A stretch of DNA of 12,036 nucleotides, taken from a candidate division WOR-3 bacterium (lineage in GTDB: Bacteria > Hydrothermota > Tepidihabitantia > Tepidihabitantales > JAOUPE01). A program made the translations under genes and the position numbers. Numbering within the stretch: the stretch's first letter is position 1; every line of letters starts with the position of its first letter. Location: NCBI GenBank assembly GCA_039801565.1, contig JBDRUX010000076.1:1-12036 (forward strand). Reading direction: 5' to 3'. Below the pieces are notes generated by a model. It ran no database searches. It worked only from the letters and a program-made list of their open reading frames with translations, and was not told the origin of the DNA. This document shows positions 6,945 through 12,036 of the stretch, in pieces.

Positions 6945-7694
6945 TTAGTGCCTAATCTCTTCACTTAAGACCATCTCCTTGCGGAAATCGCCCAAGACTT
7001 CTGAGATAAATCGTTCAACCTCTGAAGTTAGGTCTCTGACTTTGCCAACGAAATAATTATAAAACATCAGGGCTGGGATCGCTACTAATAAACCAGCGAC
7101 CGTAGTCACCAAGGCATCCGAGACACCCGGTGCAATTACCTGCAAGGTAACAACCGGAATTGCTTTGACATTGATTAAAGCCGAGAGAACACCCCAGACT
7201 GTTCCTAAAAGTCCCAGGAATGGACTGACGCTACTGACCGTTGCCAAAAATGGAAGGAATCGCTCAATCCGTTCCAATTCCACCGAACCAGTCCGATTCA
7301 TCGCTTCTTGAACATTGGGCAGGACCGCGGCTAAGCGGCTATAATTAGTAGGCAACTTTGTTTCACTATGGATTTCAGGATTGGCTAAACTTAATTTTTT
7401 TAAATTTGCCCATTCTTGTAAACCACTGGCTAAGACCTTTGCCAGAGGTGAGTTTTTATAATCCGCCACCGCTTTATGAAATTGTTGGGCAGAACGGCGG
7501 TGCTGAAAAAGACTCAAAAGGATTCGATTTTCGCGCCGAACTGCATGGAAAAGAAATAACTTACGAATGATTATTGCCCAAGAGATAACTGAAAAGAAAA
7601 AAAGAACGACCAGGATAATTTTAGCAAAAAGACCGGTGCCGAGAATAGTATCCCACCAGGCTTGGGTAGCAACCGGTGGGGTAAATGGTTCCAT
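6945..7694 (-). CDS. tolQ: TolQ/ExbB (MotA family) proton channel
   Basis: 'FLATVSSVSPFLGLLGTVWGV' and 'IAPGVSDALVTTVAGLLVAIPA...YNYF'. Confidence 0.92.
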   Translation of the reverse strand: MEPFTPPVATQAWWDTILGTGLFAKIILVVLFFFSVISWAIIIRKLFLFHAVRRENRILLSLFQHRRSAQQFHKAVADYKNSPLAKVLASGLQEWANLKKLSLANPEIHSETKLPTNYSRLAAVLPNVQEAMNRTGSVELERIERFLPFLATVSSVSPFLGLLGTVWGVLSALINVKAIPVVTLQVIAPGVSDALVTTVAGLLVAIPALMFYNYFVGKVRDLTSEVERFISEVLGDFRKEMVLSEEIRH

Positions 7695-7703
7695 CGCTGA
7701 TAC

Positions 7704-8432
7704 TTACTGGAGGGTCAAGAGTCGCTCTTTCGCTAATTTTGCCTCAGGTGAATTGGGAAATTCTTTAACGACTCGATTCAGATACTCCTTCCCTTTATTC
7801 CGTAATTTCATATTCAAATAGCACAATCCTATCTTATAGAGGGCAGCTGGCAATTTATTCCCTTGCGGATAATTCTTTTCAACCTTTTCAAATTCGATTA
7901 ATGCCATCTGCCACTCATTTTTTGTAAAATAAGCCTCGCCAATCCAATATTGGGCGTTATCCGAGAGGTCGGTATCGGGATAAAGTTTCAAATACTCTTG
8001 AAATCCTTGGATGGCTAAATCGAAATTACCGCGCGTGTAGTCCAAATAAGCGGTATTGTAAAGAAGTTCAGGGTCGACACCGGTGCCGGATTGGATTACA
8101 GTATCCGCCTTTGGTTCTTCGACTTGAGTGGTGCGAAGGCCTAATTTTTGCGCTATACGAACCAGACGCGACTGGGTGTCTTCAAACTTAGCGTCGAGAT
8201 AGTCAATCTTCTCATTCGTCCGCTCCAAACGATACCCAAGGTCGGCTTTTAGTGCCAAAAGTAATTCCGCTTGTTGACGTTGCAAACTATCAAGACGCGC
8301 TACTTGTTTAGTAAGTGAATCAATTTGGGTGGTCTGTTTGAGCCATTGCTGTTTGATACTACAGCCACTGAATAGAACAGTAAAGATTATTATGACTAAA
8401 TATAATTTAACATATACCATCTTAAATTTCAT
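7704..8432 (-). CDS. cpoB: Tol-Pal system protein CpoB/YbgF (lipoprotein, coiled coil + TPR)
   Basis: Lipobox 'LFSGC', coiled coil, and TPR motifs 'LYNTAY...F..YL..YP...LSDNAQYWIGEAYF...PAALYKIG...FPNSPEA'. The track start at 8462 falls inside a hairpin, so ATG 8432 or 8420 is more likely. Confidence 0.9.
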   Translation of the reverse strand: MKFKMVYVKLYLVIIIFTVLFSGCSIKQQWLKQTTQIDSLTKQVARLDSLQRQQAELLLALKADLGYRLERTNEKIDYLDAKFEDTQSRLVRIAQKLGLRTTQVEEPKADTVIQSGTGVDPELLYNTAYLDYTRGNFDLAIQGFQEYLKLYPDTDLSDNAQYWIGEAYFTKNEWQMALIEFEKVEKNYPQGNKLPAALYKIGLCYLNMKLRNKGKEYLNRVVKEFPNSPEAKLAKERLLTLQ

Positions 8433-8435
8433 TAA

Positions 8436-8465
8436 AGGGTGGACAAATTTTACTTTGTCCACCCT
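8436..8465 (-). terminator. Stem-loop after pal (partial terminator or mRNA-stabilising hairpin)
   Basis: Perfect 12-bp stem AGGGTGGACAAA / TTTGTCCACCCT with a 6-nt loop, 16 nt downstream of the pal stop. Only a short U tract. Confidence 0.7.
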
Positions 8466-8481
8466 AATTCAAAGGTTTAGT

Positions 8482-8967
8482 TTATTGTGATTTAAATTCG
8501 CAACGCCGGTTTTTCCAATATTCAGCTTCTACCGTAGTGACTAACCGCTCCTCACCATAGCTGATAGTTGATAACCGGTCTTTACTGATGCCAAGTTTTA
8601 CCAGATAGTCACGGGCCGAATTGGCACGTCGCCAGCCTAAAGCCATATTGTATTCCGAAGTTCCAATCGGACAGCAATGTCCCTCAATCATTATCTTCGC
8701 ATCAGGGTTCTCTTTTAGAATCCGAGCGTTCTCCTCAAGGATTTTGGCATCGCCGGGACGGATATCCGAACGGTCAAAGTCAAAGTAAATTGTCGCTAAG
8801 CTTAACTCAGCCGGTTTACGCTCGATGGGCGGCATCTCTTTTTCTTTCTCGACGGGTGGGGGTGGAATTGGTTCTTCTTTTTTCACCACCTTCTTGGCAC
8901 AACCAACCGCTACAAACAGAAATAAAACGGCAATTAGGACGGTTAGAAATTGGGCAGTTTGTTTCAT
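8482..8967 (-). CDS. pal: Peptidoglycan-associated lipoprotein Pal (OmpA C-like domain)
   Basis: Lipobox 'VAVGC', 'IYFDFDRSDI', 'IEGH...GTSEYNMALGWRRA', 'ISYGEER', 'KNRR'. AAGGAGG RBS; adjacent to cpoB. Confidence 0.92.
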   Translation of the reverse strand: MKQTAQFLTVLIAVLFLFVAVGCAKKVVKKEEPIPPPPVEKEKEMPPIERKPAELSLATIYFDFDRSDIRPGDAKILEENARILKENPDAKIMIEGHCCPIGTSEYNMALGWRRANSARDYLVKLGISKDRLSTISYGEERLVTTVEAEYWKNRRCEFKSQ

Positions 8968-9046
8968 TTTATCCTCCTTGGTTTAAAGTTAATACTGCCT
9001 GAGCACCCAGGTTATTGCACCAATCCATAGTTGACTTCAAATTCTA

Positions 9047-9074
9047 AATCTAACAATATTTTGGCAAATGTCAA
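9047..9074 (-). promoter_or_regulatory. Putative sigma70 promoter for the pal operon
   Basis: TTGACA (9074-9069), 16-nt spacer, TAGATT (9052-9047), preceded by an extended -10 TGn. Confidence 0.55.
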
Positions 9075-9355
9075 GTCCTAATGTTTGGTTTAAATTATAG
9101 TAATTGATACTATCGGAAATGATTCGCAACCATCTAAGTATTTTTCTGCCCTTTTGTGACTTTAAATGATATTGTTCTAAATTCTGATTAAACTCATTGG
9201 AACATTCCTCAAGAATTGCGTTTAGCTTCCATCTCCTCGGTCCCGTTTGAATATTATCTTTTAAGTCACTTTTAATTGGTCAGTTCTTTAAAGGATAGAT
9301 TCATTAAGTCGCCTTGTTAATTTACTAAAATGAGGAAATCAAAACAAGAAAAATC

Positions 9356-9383
9356 TTGACAAGAGCATTATTTTAAGTAGATT
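9356..9383 (+). promoter_or_regulatory. Putative sigma70 promoter for the hypothetical-atpD-vanZ-hisS unit
   Basis: TTGACA (9356-9361), 16-nt spacer, TAGATT (9378-9383). Confidence 0.55.
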
Positions 9384-9403
9384 AAATTATCTTTAAGACT
9401 AAT

Positions 9404-9772
9404 TTGACCGACTATGTTGATATCCCCGCAGCGCGGGTCGAAGACCGCCGGGAAACCCACGGCGAAGTGGTTAAGATTCCAATTAAAGAAAATGTTTCGG
9501 CAATGCGAGCTTTAACGGCAGTGGCTAACGAATTAAGCACTTTTATGCAAAAAAAGTTAGGACGGGGTTATGAAACCGCCGCCGAGGTTGGGCAACCAAA
9601 TGAAATAATTGTCCGCGAACCCGGTCACCAATACTATGGTCTAAAAGTCTTTGTCGAGGGTGGGTGCGTCTTTATTAGTCGAGTCGCGGTATTAGAAGAC
9701 GAAACTATCCTCCGCCAATTTGTTGATTATCTTCAACTCCTTTTGGCACAGGAAGAATCGTCAGATTGTTAA
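9404..9772 (+). CDS. Hypothetical protein (122 aa)
   Basis: Open frame with protein-like composition between a predicted promoter and atpD. TTG start with no clear RBS, so the start is uncertain. No family recognised. Confidence 0.7.
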   Translation: MTDYVDIPAARVEDRRETHGEVVKIPIKENVSAMRALTAVANELSTFMQKKLGRGYETAAEVGQPNEIIVREPGHQYYGLKVFVEGGCVFISRVAVLEDETILRQFVDYLQLLLAQEESSDC

Positions 9773-9789
9773 AACTTTAGTCAACTGAA

Positions 9790-10407
9790 ATGAAACTTGC
9801 GGTTGGGGCTTCCCGAATGTCACTCTTGAGACTGAGGCGCCGTTTAATCATTGCTCGCCGTGGCCATAAACTCTTAAAAGATAAACAAGAAGAACTGATG
9901 CGCCAAATCCTGACTTTGATTGATGATATCAGAACCCATCGCCAAAAGGTAGAGAGTGAACTCTTTGCCGCTTTAGTTAGATTCCGTCTTGCCCAAAATA
10001 CTTTTGACCCCAAATATGTTGAATCAGCCTTAATTTTACCGAAACGAGAAATTAATTTAACCATTAGAACCAAAAACATCCTGAATGTGAAAGTGCCAGT
10101 TTTGGAAAAAATTATGACCGGCGATATTCGCTGTTATGGCTTTCTTGGCACCTCGGGCGAATTAGACTTCGCTTTGCAATCGTTAAATAATTTGCTCGAC
10201 TCCCTTTTACTTTTAGCCGAAAAAGAAAAGACTTTAGAGCTATTGGCGGATGAGATGGAAAAGACTCGACGCCGCGTCAATGCCTTAGAATTTATCTTGA
10301 TTCCTAACATTGAAGAGACGATTAAATTTATCGTCCTCAAATTGACCGAGACCGAGCGCTCAGATTTAACCCGACTGATGCGGGTTAAGGAGCTAATACG
10401 CGGCTAA
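9790..10407 (+). CDS. atpD: V/A-type ATP synthase subunit D
   Basis: 'RMSLLRLRRRL..ARRGHKLLKDKQEELM' and 'LADEMEKTRRRVNALEFILIP...ETIKFI..KL.E.ER....RLM.VK' (NtpD/AtpD signature). Confidence 0.93.
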   Translation: MKLAVGASRMSLLRLRRRLIIARRGHKLLKDKQEELMRQILTLIDDIRTHRQKVESELFAALVRFRLAQNTFDPKYVESALILPKREINLTIRTKNILNVKVPVLEKIMTGDIRCYGFLGTSGELDFALQSLNNLLDSLLLLAEKEKTLELLADEMEKTRRRVNALEFILIPNIEETIKFIVLKLTETERSDLTRLMRVKELIRG

Positions 10408-10418
10408 GACGAAAAGCC

Positions 10419-10724
10419 TTGCTTATCCTTTGGATAGTTATTATTCTTTTCTTTACTTTAGTCCCAACCCCGGAAAGCCCAAAACTGCAAGAGACTGGTG
10501 TTGATAAAATTCTCCATTTTGGTGCCTATACCATTTTAGGACTGATTGGTCAAGCCGCGGTCGGTTTTCATTCCCTAACAATTGGGTTAAGTCTTGGCAC
10601 AGTAACTGAACTATTGCAGTATTTAATTCCTCATCGCACCGTCGAGTTTTTCGACTGGCTTGCCAATGTCTTAGGGCTCGGATTAGGAATTGGGGCATAT
10701 TTTTTAGTGCGCAAGGTCCTGTAA
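10419..10724 (+). CDS. VanZ-like small membrane protein
   Basis: 'DKILHFGAYTILG', 'TELLQYLIPHR...FDWLANVLG' VanZ-family motifs; TTG start. Confidence 0.82.
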   Translation: MLILWIVIILFFTLVPTPESPKLQETGVDKILHFGAYTILGLIGQAAVGFHSLTIGLSLGTVTELLQYLIPHRTVEFFDWLANVLGLGLGIGAYFLVRKVL

Positions 10725-10725
10725 A

Positions 10726-11964
10726 ATGAAATATAGCCGGCCCAAAGGCACTCGGGATATTTTACCACCCGAATCGTTGAGAAAACATTGGGTTGAAACA
10801 AAATTTCGTAAGATTGTGGAAAGGTACGGTTTTGTTGAAGTCACCACGCCAATTTTTGAACATACCGAACTATTCTTACGTTCCACCGGCGAAAGCACGG
10901 ACATCGTTACTAAGCAGATGTATACTTTCACCGACCAAGCTAACCGTAGCCTTACCTTACGCCCGGAAGGAACGCCTGGGGTAGTTCGGGCAATTATCGA
11001 AAATGGAGTCAAAATTCCCAATCGGTTCTTTTATATTGGACCGATGTTTCGTTACGAACGCCCGCAGAAAGGAAGGTATCGGGAGTTCTATCAATTAGGT
11101 GTTGAAATAATCGGTGAAGCGAGTCCAGAAATTGATGCCGAGGTGATTGAAATCGGTGCCAATTTCTTTTCGGCAATTGGTATTGATGACTGTTTAACCC
11201 AAATCAACAGTGTTGGTTGCCCAAAATGTCGGCCAAAATTCCGACAAGAATTGGTCAATTTCCTTACCGGCAAGCAAGATAAAATTTGCCAAGATTGTCA
11301 AATCCGATTAACAAAGAATCCCTTGCGAGTCTTTGATTGCAAGAATGAGGGTTGTCAAAAAATCTACGAACTCGCCCCAAAAGTTCGCGCTTCACTCTGT
11401 TCCGAATGTGCTGACCATTTTAAAAAAGTGATTACTGCCTTAGACCAACGAAAAATTAGTTATACAATCAATGACCGAATGGTGCGGGGATTGGACTATT
11501 ATACCAAGACCGCTTTTGAGTACATTTCTACTAAATTGGGTGCCCAGGATAGTTTGGGCGGTGGTGGCCGCTATGACAATTTAGTTGAAGAGCTGGGTGG
11601 TCCGAAAACGCCCGCTATTGGCTTTGCCTTAGGTGAAGAACGAATTCTGATTGTTGCCCAGCCACCTAATAGGGTTGTCCAACCAAGATTGGTTGCGATA
11701 ATATATTGGAGCGAAAAAGAATTGCCTTATGCAAAACAACTGGCAAAGGAATTACGAAATATAGGCATCTCAGTTTATCTCAATTACGAATTAAAGAAAC
11801 TCCGTACCCAACTTGGTTATGCCAATGCTTTAAATGCCAGATATGCGATTATTATTGGTGAAGATGAAGTGGCAAAAAATGTCTTAACCCTGCGCGATAT
11901 GGAATCAGGCAAACAGGAAACTATTAGCTATCAAGAACTTTTGACTCGATTAACCACAACTTAA
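10726..11964 (+). CDS. hisS: Histidine--tRNA ligase
   Basis: 'PKGTRDILP', 'TPIFEHTELF', 'LTLRPEGT', 'FRYERPQKGRYREFYQ', 'VRGLDYYT', 'GGGRYD', and a C-terminal anticodon-binding domain. Confidence 0.98.
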   Translation: MKYSRPKGTRDILPPESLRKHWVETKFRKIVERYGFVEVTTPIFEHTELFLRSTGESTDIVTKQMYTFTDQANRSLTLRPEGTPGVVRAIIENGVKIPNRFFYIGPMFRYERPQKGRYREFYQLGVEIIGEASPEIDAEVIEIGANFFSAIGIDDCLTQINSVGCPKCRPKFRQELVNFLTGKQDKICQDCQIRLTKNPLRVFDCKNEGCQKIYELAPKVRASLCSECADHFKKVITALDQRKISYTINDRMVRGLDYYTKTAFEYISTKLGAQDSLGGGGRYDNLVEELGGPKTPAIGFALGEERILIVAQPPNRVVQPRLVAIIYWSEKELPYAKQLAKELRNIGISVYLNYELKKLRTQLGYANALNARYAIIIGEDEVAKNVLTLRDMESGKQETISYQELLTRLTTT

Positions 11965-12004
11965 AAAAGATTGCAAAAAGATAATTTCGACCTAATTTTT
12001 TGGC

Positions 12005-12036
12005 GAAAAAGTGTTAGTTATAACTAACACTTTTTC
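12005..12036. repeat. Perfect 32-bp palindrome (possible bidirectional terminator)
   Basis: GAAAAAGTGTTAGTTA|TAACTAACACTTTTTC, 16-bp arms with no spacer, 40 nt after the hisS stop and ending at the window edge. Confidence 0.75.

Noticed and set aside
8970..9028. 19-codon upstream ORF (MDWCNNLGAQAVLTLNQGG) and small CCTG/CAGG hairpin in the pal leader
   Set aside because: No RBS and no recognisable leader-peptide or riboswitch features; likely incidental.
1561..11273. Short antisense or alternate-frame ORFs (e.g. 1561-1752, 2307-2747, 3649-4305, 4546-4791, 5477-5704, 7358-7821, 9777-10079, 10704-11021, 11091-11273)
   Set aside because: They are shadows of well-supported genes and have no recognisable motifs.
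11215..11412. Cys cluster in HisRS (CPKC, CQDC, DCKNEGC, CSEC)
   Set aside because: This is a common feature of the insertion domain in many bacterial HisRS proteins and is not novel.

Overview
AT-rich bacterial (diderm) chromosomal window in three blocks. (1) Minus strand, ~149-5730: a tightly coupled ArsR/SmtB-regulated thiol-redox/efflux operon. It encodes arsR, two paralogous exported proteins that appear to fuse a parvulin-less SurA/PrsA-like helical chaperone body to a C-terminal CxxC thioredoxin, a CcdA-type membrane electron transporter, two small GCPRC (MTH895-type) thioredoxins flanking an ArsP/DUF318-like permease, a Cys-rich DUF169 protein, and an unannotated 43-aa CxxC membrane peptide. 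Its promoter and palindromic operator are visible in the sequence. (2) Minus strand, 5910-8967: a permuted Tol-Pal cluster (pal-cpoB-tolQ-tolR-tolA/tonB-like) with no tolB in the window, whose Pal has GHCCPIG in place of the canonical GH(A/C)DERG. (3) Plus strand, 9404-11964: hypothetical protein, an isolated V/A-type ATPase subunit D, a VanZ-like protein and hisS, followed by a perfect 32-bp palindrome running to the window end. The best candidate for an undescribed system is block 1. All family calls come from motif recognition by eye; no searches were run.
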